From: Promethearchaeota archaeon
GTDB lineage: Archaea; Asgardarchaeota; Lokiarchaeia; Sigyniarchaeales; SOKP01
Length of the DNA: 64,000 nt
Assembly (NCBI GenBank): GCA_019058445.1
Contig: JAHPZA010000002.1
Coordinates: forward strand, 1 to 64,000
Direction: 5' to 3'
Shown here one piece after another: positions 39,540-50,389 of the stretch; the first letter of the stretch is position 1, and every line of letters begins with the position of its first letter. A program made the translations under genes and the position numbers. The notes under the pieces were generated by a model. That model ran no database searches. It was not told the origin of the DNA and was given only the letters and a program-made list of their open reading frames with translations.

Positions 39540-39685
39540 TTTAGAAAGACCCTATCCAATAAGCACTCTTCTCAAGGGCAAAGCTCTTGACTTATCTGTA
39601 TTTCATTTTACATTAAAATTATATATATATGAATTCTATTATTCTTGCAATCTTTTTTAAATATTTTAAATAGGATGAGAAATAT

Positions 39686-41212
39686 ATGGAAGCTTTCATA
39701 AAAAAACAATTTGTAATATTATTGAAATTAGAAAAGCACCAAAAAAAAATAACGAAATACATGATAAAGATTGGAAAATGGTTGCTGTTTATACTACCGA
39801 TTATTTTAATAGTTATTACATTATTAACTCTTTTTCTGTATCCAAAATTACCAGAAGCAATTAAGTTTTCAGAGCAAACTGCTGAATATCAAATGTTATA
39901 TATCATATACCTAATTACGCTCGGACTTTATTTTTTTAATTCACTCATGTTAATTTTATGTGCATCGTGGACAGACAAATCTCTTGAGGCGCGGTTACAA
40001 TTTGAGAGAAAAAGAGGGAGACCCATAGAGAGTCTTAAAGGCTTCAAATTTCTTGCTCACAACATAAAGAGAGTAACTAGTTTATTTAGATTTATTTCAT
40101 TCATATGCATGGTCTCGGTAATCTTATTTATCGTAATGTTGGTAATAGGGGATCTTACCCTTGGATTTGCCGCTGCTGGTTTTTCTCTTGTGGGATTAGG
40201 ATTAGCACTTTTGATCCGAAGTCTGAATTTAAACATAAATGACGTGAACGGTTTGCAAGATTTTTACAAGCCGAATACTCATTCAATTTTCCTCGATAAT
40301 TTTCTCTCAGAAATACTTTCCAATCATCTGGATCCCGTGACATTTCTCAAATGGGACGAATTTAAAGAGGGTATAAATGAGCTTTTAAAACCAAAATTTG
40401 TGGAAATGGTGAAGAAAAAAGAAAAAAAAGAAAAACCGGTAACCTTTGCATTAGAAAAGCTTTTATTTTTATATTATCTAAGATTTCAAGATGTACTTAG
40501 TGAGAAACATTTTCTTAAGGAATTAAACGAGATTATTGACTTGGATTCTGAGAAATTTGGAGTAGATGAGGGACTTCAAATAAACAGAAACCGATATTTT
40601 GATCGAAAAGATATTTACAAGGTATTTGATTACATTAAAAAATACAATCCCGGTTCATTTAATATCCTTGATAGGCTCCAATTGGAGCTTTCGGATAACA
40701 TTGAACGCTTAAGAGAAGATAAAATATATATGGATTATGCTACACAAGAAGTGGTTTTTTTAGGGGATGAACTTAACATAATGGTTTTTCTTTTCAACAA
40801 TGCTCCCAAAGTTAAGGAATATCGGTTAAAGATCATTGCTCCAGGTTTCGATCCAAAGGAATTGTCATTTGATATTAAAGTAGAGGGAAGGGGAAGTTTT
40901 ACCATACCTGAGGATTCAATCCCATTAACTGCAAGCGATGGAAATCCTGATATTGTTGGTGTGCTATCTGGAATGATAGAAAACGGCGATACTATGTGGC
41001 TTGCACTCGAACCGAGGATTGTTGGGGAACAAACCATACAAATTTTTCTTGAAACATCAGGCGGCGAAATTATCGAAGGACAGACCTGTTCAATAAAAGT
41101 CTCGAAAGATATTAGAGCTAAGATCAAGAAACTATCTTCCATTGGCTCACTTTTAGGAGGTTTAGCAGTACCCCTTTCAAGGGTTATAAGTACGGGCGGA
41201 TTGCCCTTTTAA
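39686..41212 (+). CDS. Conserved hypothetical membrane protein; paralog of 4961-6457
   Basis: Colinear similarity to 4961-6457 over the full length. Confidence 0.8.
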   Translation: MEAFIKKQFVILLKLEKHQKKITKYMIKIGKWLLFILPIILIVITLLTLFLYPKLPEAIKFSEQTAEYQMLYIIYLITLGLYFFNSLMLILCASWTDKSLEARLQFERKRGRPIESLKGFKFLAHNIKRVTSLFRFISFICMVSVILFIVMLVIGDLTLGFAAAGFSLVGLGLALLIRSLNLNINDVNGLQDFYKPNTHSIFLDNFLSEILSNHLDPVTFLKWDEFKEGINELLKPKFVEMVKKKEKKEKPVTFALEKLLFLYYLRFQDVLSEKHFLKELNEIIDLDSEKFGVDEGLQINRNRYFDRKDIYKVFDYIKKYNPGSFNILDRLQLELSDNIERLREDKIYMDYATQEVVFLGDELNIMVFLFNNAPKVKEYRLKIIAPGFDPKELSFDIKVEGRGSFTIPEDSIPLTASDGNPDIVGVLSGMIENGDTMWLALEPRIVGEQTIQIFLETSGGEIIEGQTCSIKVSKDIRAKIKKLSSIGSLLGGLAVPLSRVISTGGLPF

Positions 41213-41272
41213 ATGAAATTGAGAATATTAATTTCTTTTTTTTTAATCTCTATTTTATTATCTATTAGATTT

Positions 41273-42139
41273 TCAGCCTCTTAAAGGCATTCCTTCAAGA
41301 TCTATTATTTCATTCTTTTGAGGTTTTTTTCCTCTATAAGGATTTTTCCTATCCTCAACCTTTCTTCCAAAGGTTAAATAACCCGAATGGCCAATCATTC
41401 TTACTTCAGGACGAGTTGCATTCTCTTTTACTTGAATTTTTCTTTTAATTAATTCGTAGGTATTAACCTCATAAAAATTATTATTCATTAAAGCTAAGGT
41501 TGTTTTTTTAACTTGTTCTATTGTAGGAGAGAAGGATGCTAATGTACCACTCAATTTCAAATAATCCTTCACTTTTTCTATGGCTTCCCAAGGCGTAGCC
41601 ATATCTAAAACTATAGAATCCACATTTTTATGTCCAAAATCGTCCTTCAGAATATCTCCATATTTGATTGTTATCCATTCTTCTAAATTTGCCCTTAGAA
41701 CGTTCTTTTTTGCCCTTTTCAGAGATTTTTCCCTAATATCATAGGAGTAGATATGACCGTTGGGCTTCACGTAATTTCCTAATATACATGTTAAAGCCCC
41801 GGATCCACAACCCGCTTCTATGACCAAACTCCCAGGTCCGATTCCAGTATAAAGTAAAATCAATCCAGCATCCTCTGGGTAAATAATCTGGGTTTTTCTA
41901 CTCATATGAAGAATATAATCAGAAGGCAAGGGTTTAAATATATAAAATTTATATCCTTGGCTCTCTAGAGGTTTTGAAAAAACACACGAGCCAAATGGTT
42001 TACCAATAATATCATCAAATTCAATGATTCCTTTATGTGTATGAAATTGCCCTCCAGCAGTTACTTGAACCATCCACCTTCTCCGATTATCAAGTATTAA
42101 AAAGACTAAGTCGTTCTCTCGTATTAGTTCAGTTCCCAT
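41273..42139 (-). CDS. trmI: tRNA (adenine-57/58-N1)-methyltransferase
   Basis: FHTHKG, RKTQIIYP.DAG.I, EAGCGSGALT, LDM..PW, FSPTIEQV, RP...MIGHSGYL. Confidence 0.93.
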   Translation of the reverse strand: MGTELIRENDLVFLILDNRRRWMVQVTAGGQFHTHKGIIEFDDIIGKPFGSCVFSKPLESQGYKFYIFKPLPSDYILHMSRKTQIIYPEDAGLILLYTGIGPGSLVIEAGCGSGALTCILGNYVKPNGHIYSYDIREKSLKRAKKNVLRANLEEWITIKYGDILKDDFGHKNVDSIVLDMATPWEAIEKVKDYLKLSGTLASFSPTIEQVKKTTLALMNNNFYEVNTYELIKRKIQVKENATRPEVRMIGHSGYLTFGRKVEDRKNPYRGKKPQKNEIIDLEGMPLRG

Positions 42140-42328
42140 AATTTACTCCTTTTTTGATTTCAATATTAATATCTTATATGAGTGCCCTTCTTAAATTTTT
42201 TCTGATGGAATAATAAAATTACCATAAAACCGATTTTTATAAATTTCAAACAAAACATATAAAAAAAATCTTAAATTACACATATCTATAAAATTCTTTT
42301 CTATAAATATTCTTGAATGAATTAATTC

Positions 42329-43255
42329 ATGAGTAAAGATAAAACCAATAAACCTCGACTTTCTTATAAAGATCTTCAAGGGAAAATAGAAGAGTTTAAG
42401 AATAAGAGAGACGATTTAAATAAAAAGACAAAAGAGTATATTAACAATTTACAAGAAATTGAATCTGAAATTAATAATGTTCTAAGAACTGCTCGAGATG
42501 TATATAAGAAGAAACGAGATTATTGGAATAGTAAAGTAAAATTATTAAAGAAAAAAAAGATAGAATATAAAAATATTTTTGATAAGCTGGTTGAGGAAAA
42601 GAAAAGGCTTCAAAAGGGAAGCTCAGGTAGTAATGCATCAAAAAGTTTTGTTTCAATTAAACAAATTGATCGTAAAATCGAAAATTTAGAACGTATTATT
42701 GAGACTGAAAACTTAGATATAGCCGAAGAGAATGAAATCGTTGATAAAATCAAACAATTAGCGGAAAGTAAACAAGAGCAATTAATTGCCCAACAGAATG
42801 ATGGATCTTATAAAATTGAAAGAAAAATCGAAATTGTAAAAATTAACTTAAATAAAATTTACGAGCAATTGAATAAGTGGTCAAATAAGAGTCAAAAAAA
42901 CCATGCAAAAATGCAAGAATTATACCAGAAAGCCAATGAATTAAAAAATAAAAAGAAACAAATGGAAGAGGAACTTATTGAGAATAAAAAAACCGCAGAT
43001 CAATTTCATTTTCAGTACTTAGATGCAATGAGCCAGAAAAAGAAAATGGATAAAGGGAGAAGACCTTATAAGCAAAAAGGAGCTAAATATCCGCCTCGAA
43101 AGCAAAAACCAAGGCATCGAGCGCCAAGCAAAAATAAAGAATTACTTGAAAAAATTAAACAAGATAAACTTGCCACTGCTTTAGAAAAACAAAAAGCGGG
43201 TAAAAAGCTAAATTTATTTGAAGCAAGACTCATCTTAGAACAAAATAAGGGCTAA
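42329..43255 (+). CDS. Archaeal conserved coiled-coil protein (COG1340-like)
   Basis: Long heptad repeats, KRDDLN, IENLERIIET..L....ENEIV, C-terminal GKKLNLFE. Confidence 0.7.
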   Translation: MSKDKTNKPRLSYKDLQGKIEEFKNKRDDLNKKTKEYINNLQEIESEINNVLRTARDVYKKKRDYWNSKVKLLKKKKIEYKNIFDKLVEEKKRLQKGSSGSNASKSFVSIKQIDRKIENLERIIETENLDIAEENEIVDKIKQLAESKQEQLIAQQNDGSYKIERKIEIVKINLNKIYEQLNKWSNKSQKNHAKMQELYQKANELKNKKKQMEEELIENKKTADQFHFQYLDAMSQKKKMDKGRRPYKQKGAKYPPRKQKPRHRAPSKNKELLEKIKQDKLATALEKQKAGKKLNLFEARLILEQNKG

Positions 43256-43390
43256 AATACCTTGTTTTGATAAAAAAAACTTGTTCTTTAGTATTACATT
43301 AATAAGAGAACTGTATTTTATTAAAAAACCTTTAATGTTAGGATAGATTTTTTTATCTAATTTTCATTAATAAAATGGAAAGGATTAACG

Positions 43391-44719
43391 TTGAGCAAGA
43401 AATTAGCTGAGATTCGTTCGATTTTAGAAGAACATCATGCCATGATTAGTAAAGCAATTCCGCTTATTGCTTCTGAAAATATCACTAGCCCGGCTGTAGA
43501 TGAAGCGTGTATTTGTGATTTTTCGCATCGGTATGCTGAAGGTTGGCCAGGTTCACGAGTATATGCTGGTTGTAAATACATTGATAAGATTGAAGTGTTA
43601 TGTCAAGATTTAATGAAAGAGTATTTTCAGTGTAACTTTGCCGATGTGAGACCTGTATCGGGAGTTATGGCAAATTTAGTATTATATAACGCATTCACCT
43701 CAAGAAACAATGGAAAAATGTGCGCTATGCCAATACCTAAAGGAGGTCATATATCTCATGCTCCCTTTCAAGCATCTTCAGGTCGTTTAATTTATGGCAC
43801 TGCAGGTACCGTTCGAGGTCTTGAGGTCAAGTATCTTGCATTTGATGAAGAAAACATGAATATTGATCCAGACGGTTCCATTAAAATTATTAGGGAATTT
43901 AAACCAGAATTAATCTTATTTGGGGCATCAGTTTTTCTATTTCCACACCCTGTAAAAGAGTTAAGGGAAGTAGCAAACGAAGTTGGGGCTTCAATAGGAT
44001 ATGATGGCGCACATGTAGCTGGTTTAATAGGTTCTGGATATTTTCAAGATCCGCTACGGGAAGGAGCTGATGCGCTGTCTTTGTCATGTCATAAAACCCT
44101 CCCGGGACCTCAGACTGGAGCGGTTATTGCGGATCGAGAGGACTTAATAGAAGATTTAAAAAATGCTGCATTTCCTGCGCTCTTTTCAAATCATCATTTG
44201 CATAATGTAGCCGGATTGGCTGTGGCACTCACTGAAATGCTTGAATTTGGGAAGGATTATCATAAGAATGTCATTGAAAACGCAAAAGCCTTTGCTCAGG
44301 CATTACACGAACGAGGTTTCAAGGTATTATGTGAACATCTTGGATTTACAGAATCTCATCAAGTGGTTGTAGACATCGCAGAATTCGGGAAAACTGTTGG
44401 ATTGGGAGGGGATATCGAAAGAATTTTAGAGGAGGCAAATATAATTATTAACCGAAATCTTTTGCCCTGGGATATAAGAGAAGGTAGGCATTATATGAAT
44501 CCCGGAGGTCTACGCCTCGGTACCTCTGAAGTCACGCGATTAGGCATGGGAAAAAGCGAGATGGGTGATATCGCTGAGTTTTTTAAGAAATTAATAATTG
44601 ATAAACAAAGTCCGGCAAAAGTAAAACCTGAAGTCGCAGAGTTTAGGAAAGAGTTTAACGAAGTGAAGTACTGCTTTCAAACTCCAAATAAAGCTTATGA
44701 ATATCTCAAGCTTTTTTAA
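43391..44719 (+). CDS. glyA: Serine hydroxymethyltransferase (archaeal type)
   Basis: LIASEN, RYAEG, GGHISH, YDGAHVAGL, SCHKTLPGPQ (PLP Lys), NRNLLPWD, GLRLGT. Confidence 0.95.
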   Translation: MSKKLAEIRSILEEHHAMISKAIPLIASENITSPAVDEACICDFSHRYAEGWPGSRVYAGCKYIDKIEVLCQDLMKEYFQCNFADVRPVSGVMANLVLYNAFTSRNNGKMCAMPIPKGGHISHAPFQASSGRLIYGTAGTVRGLEVKYLAFDEENMNIDPDGSIKIIREFKPELILFGASVFLFPHPVKELREVANEVGASIGYDGAHVAGLIGSGYFQDPLREGADALSLSCHKTLPGPQTGAVIADREDLIEDLKNAAFPALFSNHHLHNVAGLAVALTEMLEFGKDYHKNVIENAKAFAQALHERGFKVLCEHLGFTESHQVVVDIAEFGKTVGLGGDIERILEEANIIINRNLLPWDIREGRHYMNPGGLRLGTSEVTRLGMGKSEMGDIAEFFKKLIIDKQSPAKVKPEVAEFRKEFNEVKYCFQTPNKAYEYLKLF

Positions 44720-44809
44720 TTTCCATTAGGATGTTCTGAAACTTTTAGTAAAACTTATTTTTTAGTGTGTATTTTAGTAAGTATTCATATCATCAGAGTT
44801 TTGAATTTT

Positions 44810-45634
44810 ATGAACATTGAAGTACTTGAAAAAAACGATAATAGACTTGTTTTTGTTGTTAGTGGGATTTCAATAGAAATGGTAAATGCGATTCGAAGGA
44901 TTATTATGACCGAAATTCCCGTAATGGCAGTTGACGAGGTTATAATTTTAAAAAACGATTCCCCTCTTTATGATGAAATAGTTGCACATAGATTGGGATT
45001 GATTCCTTTAAAAACAAATTTAGATAATTACAATTTACCAAGAGACTGTGAGTGTGGTGGTTACGGGTGCGCTCTATGTCAAGTATCCTTAACCTGTGAA
45101 ATCACAAATACCACTAATAAACCAATGGTAATAAATTCGGGTGATTTAAATTCTAATGATCCTGATATTGTACCAGTACATAATGAAATTCCAATTTTGA
45201 AGATAGATAAAAATTCTAAAGTGATTATAGAAGCTTATGCGATTCTTGGGACAGGAAAAGATCATGCAAAGTTTTCAGCTGTGTCTAATTGCGCATATCG
45301 GTTTTATCCTGTCATTGAATTTGATGAGTCGAAAATAACTAAACAAGATGAGCAATCCTTAATTGTAAAATTATGTCCAGAAAAATTATTTGAAATATCG
45401 AATAAAAAGCTCAAATTAAAGGAAGATTATTGGAGAACGTGTACGTTATGCAAATCATGCGAACAAAACTCCGATGGAAAAATCAAGGTGAGTTGGAAGG
45501 ATAATACCTATATTTTTACCATTGAAAGTGATGGAGTGCTTCCTTTTGATGTGTTAATTAAAAAAACCTTTGAAATTTTCTTAAGTAAAATTGCTGAATT
45601 TTCTGAAAAACTAGAAGAGATTGAAATCTCTTAA
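44810..45634 (+). CDS. rpoD: DNA-directed RNA polymerase subunit D (Rpo3)
   Basis: NAIRR....EIP.MAVDEV....N.S.LYDEIVAHRLGLIPL, G.GKDHAKF, F.IESDG; Cys loop CECGGYGCALC and Fe-S-like CP..CTLCKSC; ATG 44810 preferred as start. Confidence 0.95.
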   Translation: MNIEVLEKNDNRLVFVVSGISIEMVNAIRRIIMTEIPVMAVDEVIILKNDSPLYDEIVAHRLGLIPLKTNLDNYNLPRDCECGGYGCALCQVSLTCEITNTTNKPMVINSGDLNSNDPDIVPVHNEIPILKIDKNSKVIIEAYAILGTGKDHAKFSAVSNCAYRFYPVIEFDESKITKQDEQSLIVKLCPEKLFEISNKKLKLKEDYWRTCTLCKSCEQNSDGKIKVSWKDNTYIFTIESDGVLPFDVLIKKTFEIFLSKIAEFSEKLEEIEIS

Positions 45635-45681
45635 AAGATTATAAAAAATTTATTAAATTATAGTATATTTAAAGAATTAAA

Positions 45682-46038
45682 ATGTCGCATAAAATTTCCG
45701 GTCCATCTGACTACTATATAAGGAAGCTGATACGAGATTTACATAAAACAAAGAGGAGAATTTGGAAAAAAGTCTCAAAAAAGTTATCAGGTCCAAGGAA
45801 AAACCGAATTGAGGCCAATTTATATCGGATCAATAAGAAAACCAAAAACAACGACGTAATAGTTGTTCCGGGAAAAATCTTAGGAATAGGAGATTTAGAT
45901 CATAAACTAACCATAGCATGCTTGAATTCTTCAAAGTCAGCTCAAAAAAAAATTGAAACTTCTGGAAGCAAATTAATTTCGATTGATGAATTATTAGAAC
46001 AAAACCCTCAGGGGGATAAAGTTAAGATTTTTTATTAG
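45682..46038 (+). CDS. rpl18e: 50S ribosomal protein L18e
   Basis: IWKKV...L..PR.NR...NL.RIN, VVPGKILG.G, S.SA..KI...G. Confidence 0.93.
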   Translation: MSHKISGPSDYYIRKLIRDLHKTKRRIWKKVSKKLSGPRKNRIEANLYRINKKTKNNDVIVVPGKILGIGDLDHKLTIACLNSSKSAQKKIETSGSKLISIDELLEQNPQGDKVKIFY

Positions 46039-46072
46039 AAATGAATAAAGTATCAAAAAGAGCGTATTTACT

Positions 46073-46543
46073 ATGTTAGAGTATCAATTATTGGATGCGA
46101 AAAATAAAATCTTAGGTCGCTTTTGCAGCCAAGTTGCTAAAAAAGCGCTTTTAGGGGAACACTTAGTTATCATTAATGCGAAAGATGCCATAATAAGCGG
46201 GGCTAAAAGTAATATTCATGAAAAATATTTAGCGAGACTTAATATCAGTACAGCCACTAATCCAAGAAGAGGACCGTTTTGGCCAAGAAGACCTGATACC
46301 CTAATGAGAGATATTATCAAAAAGATGCTTCCAAGAAAAAAATTAAGAGGCAAGGAAGCTCTAAGGCGAGTTCATATATATATTGAGGATATTCCAGAAC
46401 GTTTTAGACATAGATACAAGAATTTATCTCCAAGTGACATAATGAATGCTGATAAAACGCGTTTGTCTTATTATAACAAATTTATCACACTGGAAAATTT
46501 ATGTCTCAGAATTGGATGGAAAAAAAGAGAAATTGAGGCGTAG
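46073..46543 (+). CDS. rpl13: 50S ribosomal protein L13 (uL13)
   Basis: DA...ILGR..S.VAK..L.GE..VIINA, NPRRGPF.PRRPD, MLP.K..RGK.AL.R. Confidence 0.95.
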   Translation: MLEYQLLDAKNKILGRFCSQVAKKALLGEHLVIINAKDAIISGAKSNIHEKYLARLNISTATNPRRGPFWPRRPDTLMRDIIKKMLPRKKLRGKEALRRVHIYIEDIPERFRHRYKNLSPSDIMNADKTRLSYYNKFITLENLCLRIGWKKREIEA

Positions 46544-46547
46544 CTAA

Positions 46548-46964
46548 ATGTCTGAAAAAGTAAAACATGTACAATCATCAGGTAAAAGAAAAACCGCTAT
46601 CGCAAGAGCAGTTTTAAAATACCCTGCGAAAGGTCAAATAAAGATTAATAATGTTCCCTTAGAACTATATGAACCAGAAATAGCAAGATATAGAATCCAG
46701 GAAGTTTTAGAGGTTGGTAAGCATCCAAAATTGGAAAAATGTGATATCAAAATACGGGTATCAGGTGGGGGTACAATGGGACAAACAGACGCAGTAAGAA
46801 TTGCTATTGCTAAAATCATAAATAAATTCATAGGGACAAAGACTATAGAACGAGCTTTTAGAGATTATGATGATCATCTTCTTAGTGGAGATTCAAGAAG
46901 AACTGAGCCTAAAAAGTTTGGAGGCAAAAAAGCTCGAGCAAGACGTCAAAAATCTTTTCGTTAA
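46548..46964 (+). CDS. rps9: 30S ribosomal protein S9 (uS9)
   Basis: GKRKTAIARA, V.GGG..GQ.DAVR.AIAK, D.RRTEPKKFGG.KARARRQKSFR. Confidence 0.97.
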   Translation: MSEKVKHVQSSGKRKTAIARAVLKYPAKGQIKINNVPLELYEPEIARYRIQEVLEVGKHPKLEKCDIKIRVSGGGTMGQTDAVRIAIAKIINKFIGTKTIERAFRDYDDHLLSGDSRRTEPKKFGGKKARARRQKSFR

Positions 46965-47021
46965 AGCTTTTTAAAACTAGGCTAATTATCTTATTTTAAA
47001 AATTTTTAAAATTATGAATAT

Positions 47022-48347
47022 TTAAGTTATTATATCGATATTTGCTCCAAGAGAGTTCAAATCGTTAATAAAATTGGGGTATGAATCACTTATAATGTCT
47101 ATGTTATGCATAATTGAGCTATTATTCGAATATAGTGCAGCTATAGCACAAGCCATAGCAATTCTATGGTCATCTTCATGATTTATTGTAGATCCATTCA
47201 AACTGCTATGATATACTGTGATTCCATCTTCATTTTCATCGACTTTAACTCCCATTTTGGCTAGTTCTCTGGCCATAACAGAAATTCTATCAGATTCTTT
47301 AAGTCTTAAATTTGAAGCATTAATGAGTGTTGTTTTCCCCTCAGCAATTGCGCCAACAACACATAATAAAGGGAATAAATCCGGTATTTCATTGCAGTCA
47401 ACCTCTATTCCTTGTAACGGGAGTTTTGAAGTATTACCGTTAATAATAACTTGATTTTGCTGTTCATTGATTTGAATATTTGCCCCCATTTCTTGTAAAA
47501 TTTCAATTATTTTTTTATCTCCTTGCGGATTTAGGGGATTTAAGTTATTAATGGTAACTATAGAATTTTCGGGAGAAATTGCGACAGCTGCTATAATAAT
47601 AGCTGCCGAGGAGTAATCTCCCGGAATCTCATAGACTTGGGACCTATATCTTTGACCACAGGGGATATAATATTTTCCTTTCTTTTCATTATCAAGTTTT
47701 TCCAATATATTTATACCAAATGAAGATAATACATCCAAAGTAACTTTAACATAGGGATAAGAAACTAAGGGAGTTGTAAGCTCAATCTCAATTCCATCAT
47801 CATTTTCACATTCTAAAAGTGTGCTAATAAACAATAGTGCTGTAATGAATTGGGAACTAATATCTCCTGGAATTTTCACTAAATCGCATTCATTACTAAT
47901 CCTTTTAACATGTAGCTGGTCTTTCTCAAGTTTATATTCTGCTCCTAAGTTTTTTAAACTTTCCAATAAGGGACGAATAGGACGATTCCTTTTTAAAAAT
48001 TCTCCCGTAAAAGTCAAACCATCTTTCACTATAAGACTTAAGGCACTAAAAATTCTTAGGGAAGTTCCCGAATTTTTACAGTCTATAATCTCCTTATAAG
48101 AATCAAAAGAATCTCTTTTTTTTTCCACGATATATATATTTTTTGATTCTTTTAAAATCTGTACTCCTAATAGTTTTAAAATTTCAAGAGTTATTCTTAC
48201 ATCTCCAGAAGTTAATGGATTTTTAATAATTGAAACTCCCTCAGCAAGACTAGCAGCTATAAATGCTCTATGAGAATAACTTTTCGAAGGAGAAGCTTTA
48301 ATTTCACCATTTAGAGTTTTTGAGGGAGTTATTTTTATTGTATTCAT
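47022..48347 (-). CDS. aroA: 3-phosphoshikimate 1-carboxyvinyltransferase (EPSP synthase)
   Basis: PSKSYSHRA, NSGTSLR, SSQFITALL, PGDYSSA, QGDK, PDLFP, LRLKESDRI, DDHRIAMA, SYPNF. Confidence 0.95.
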   Translation of the reverse strand: MNTIKITPSKTLNGEIKASPSKSYSHRAFIAASLAEGVSIIKNPLTSGDVRITLEILKLLGVQILKESKNIYIVEKKRDSFDSYKEIIDCKNSGTSLRIFSALSLIVKDGLTFTGEFLKRNRPIRPLLESLKNLGAEYKLEKDQLHVKRISNECDLVKIPGDISSQFITALLFISTLLECENDDGIEIELTTPLVSYPYVKVTLDVLSSFGINILEKLDNEKKGKYYIPCGQRYRSQVYEIPGDYSSAAIIIAAVAISPENSIVTINNLNPLNPQGDKKIIEILQEMGANIQINEQQNQVIINGNTSKLPLQGIEVDCNEIPDLFPLLCVVGAIAEGKTTLINASNLRLKESDRISVMARELAKMGVKVDENEDGITVYHSSLNGSTINHEDDHRIAMACAIAALYSNNSSIMHNIDIISDSYPNFINDLNSLGANIDIIT

Positions 48348-48448
48348 CAAATAAAGAATAGAATGGTAAGGATTTAATATTAATTAACTGATTTTTTTGA
48401 CATTTTTGACGTATAACTTTATTAAAAATAGTACTGTCAAATAATATA

Positions 48449-50209
48449 ATGGTAAAGGGTAAAAACAAAATAAGTAGAAGATCATTTATCCTCATTATAC
48501 CTATTATTTTATTAGGTGTTTTCTCATCCCTTTTACTTATAAATAGAAGTCAAGGGTACTTATATTATGAACGAATCGAATTTGAATATAATAATACAAC
48601 TTTCCATGCAAATTTATATCATCCTTCTAAAGATATTGATTTCCAAGACAAACATCCATTAGTGATTTATATTCATGGATTTAGCAGTCAAAAAGATATG
48701 GATTCGCGTGTTCCTTTAGAACTTACCAAAAGGGGATTCTATGTCGCATGCATTGATATGCCTGGTCATGGAGAAAATGCGAATTCAGACTTGTTAGATA
48801 CTGATGAAGATGGTGAATTCGTAACAACACAAATGTGTTCAAAATTATTAGATAAGATTGAAAATTTACGGGCTTATTCTCAGATTGATGAAGATCAAAT
48901 TGGTTTATTAGGACATTCTTATGGGGGTTATGTTGCTCTTATGAATGGTCTATATGATGATCGTTTCGAAGTTACGATAACATGGGCAGGAGTTGCGGAT
49001 GTAATGAGACCATATAAGGAATATGGAAAATTAGGTTATGAGATTGATAAGGATGATAAAGAATTACTCCACGAAAATAATCCTGTAGAAGTTATGAACA
49101 ATGGTTCGAAACAACCGGAAAATTTATTCTTGATAGTCCATAAGGAAGATAGTGGCCAGTATAAATATAATAAAAGGTTACAAGATCTAACTGATTGTAA
49201 ATGGGAAGCGTTTGATTATCCTGTAAGTGGTACAGGGGAAGCACACCTTCTATTACATAAAAATGTTATAATTAAAACTATAAATTGGTTTGAAAACAAG
49301 TTTTTTGATTCAACATCTAAGAACGGGCCCATTCAACTCTCATCTCAATATAATTTCTATCTAATCATTTTGACATTACTAGCAAGTTTGTTAACGATTT
49401 TTTCGCTAATGATTTATTTTTCAAAATATCTTCTAAAAAACGAGCTGATTAGTATTCGATCCCCCCCCAAAAAGAGTATTTCGACAGAATCCAAAATGCC
49501 GGAAAGTTCAGTTGATTCAGATAAGAAAAAGAATATGATAATTTTTTCTATATCAATTCCTATTTTTATAAGTATATGGATTTTATGTGCTTTTTTATTC
49601 GGAGTTTATGCTTCATGGTTTCTTTTTGCCCCCTGCATTACAATCTTAGTTTATTTTTTATTTTTTAGGAGAATTTTACATAAAAAGGGTCAAGACCGAG
49701 AGAATAAAGGAAGCCTTAAAGATTCTTTTAAATCTGAAATCTCAATGAGATCGGCTGTGTATGGTGCTTTTTGTTCTGCGCTGTTCTTGGGATTTTATTT
49801 TGCTTTTGCACTATTTTACCCTTTTTTGTTGTATTATCCTCATAGTATTCTTGCTGTTATTCTTACGTTAATGTTTTTTCCGGTATATTTATCTACGGAG
49901 ATCTTATACAGAAAAATTTTATACCCTTCATCGCAATTTATAAAATCTAAAAAAATGCGAACGTGCATTATTAGCATTATAACGATATTTATACAGCTTT
50001 TTCTGATGGTTTATTATTTAATGTTTTTACCATTTCCAGTTTCCATTGTTGTTACTATTGCATTTATGTTTTCATCACTAATGAATGGAATTATATATCA
50101 TAAAACGGAAAAAATTGGGCCAACACTTTTAAATACTTTAATAATTATGAGTATATTTGTTGGCGCTTCATGGTCTTTCATTTTAAACATTCTTTCGATG
50201 GTATCTTAA
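48449..50209 (+). CDS. Membrane-anchored alpha/beta hydrolase with C-terminal multi-TM domain (copy 1)
   Basis: N-terminal TM; IHGFSS, DMPGHGE, nucleophile GHSYGG, EAH; ~7-8 C-terminal TM helices. Confidence 0.85.
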   Translation: MVKGKNKISRRSFILIIPIILLGVFSSLLLINRSQGYLYYERIEFEYNNTTFHANLYHPSKDIDFQDKHPLVIYIHGFSSQKDMDSRVPLELTKRGFYVACIDMPGHGENANSDLLDTDEDGEFVTTQMCSKLLDKIENLRAYSQIDEDQIGLLGHSYGGYVALMNGLYDDRFEVTITWAGVADVMRPYKEYGKLGYEIDKDDKELLHENNPVEVMNNGSKQPENLFLIVHKEDSGQYKYNKRLQDLTDCKWEAFDYPVSGTGEAHLLLHKNVIIKTINWFENKFFDSTSKNGPIQLSSQYNFYLIILTLLASLLTIFSLMIYFSKYLLKNELISIRSPPKKSISTESKMPESSVDSDKKKNMIIFSISIPIFISIWILCAFLFGVYASWFLFAPCITILVYFLFFRRILHKKGQDRENKGSLKDSFKSEISMRSAVYGAFCSALFLGFYFAFALFYPFLLYYPHSILAVILTLMFFPVYLSTEILYRKILYPSSQFIKSKKMRTCIISIITIFIQLFLMVYYLMFLPFPVSIVVTIAFMFSSLMNGIIYHKTEKIGPTLLNTLIIMSIFVGASWSFILNILSMVS

Positions 50210-50389
50210 AGGTATATCGAAATCTAAACAAGAGTATAAAAAAAATTTAGAGCTTTATTCCTTTTTTTAATTCAATAGCAATCACATTTAGTTGATTTCT
50301 AATGGAATATTTATATAATAAAATAACAAATTCCTCAACATAAGCGAAAAAAATAAATTTATTATATAGAAACAGTAAAATCGAGAATT

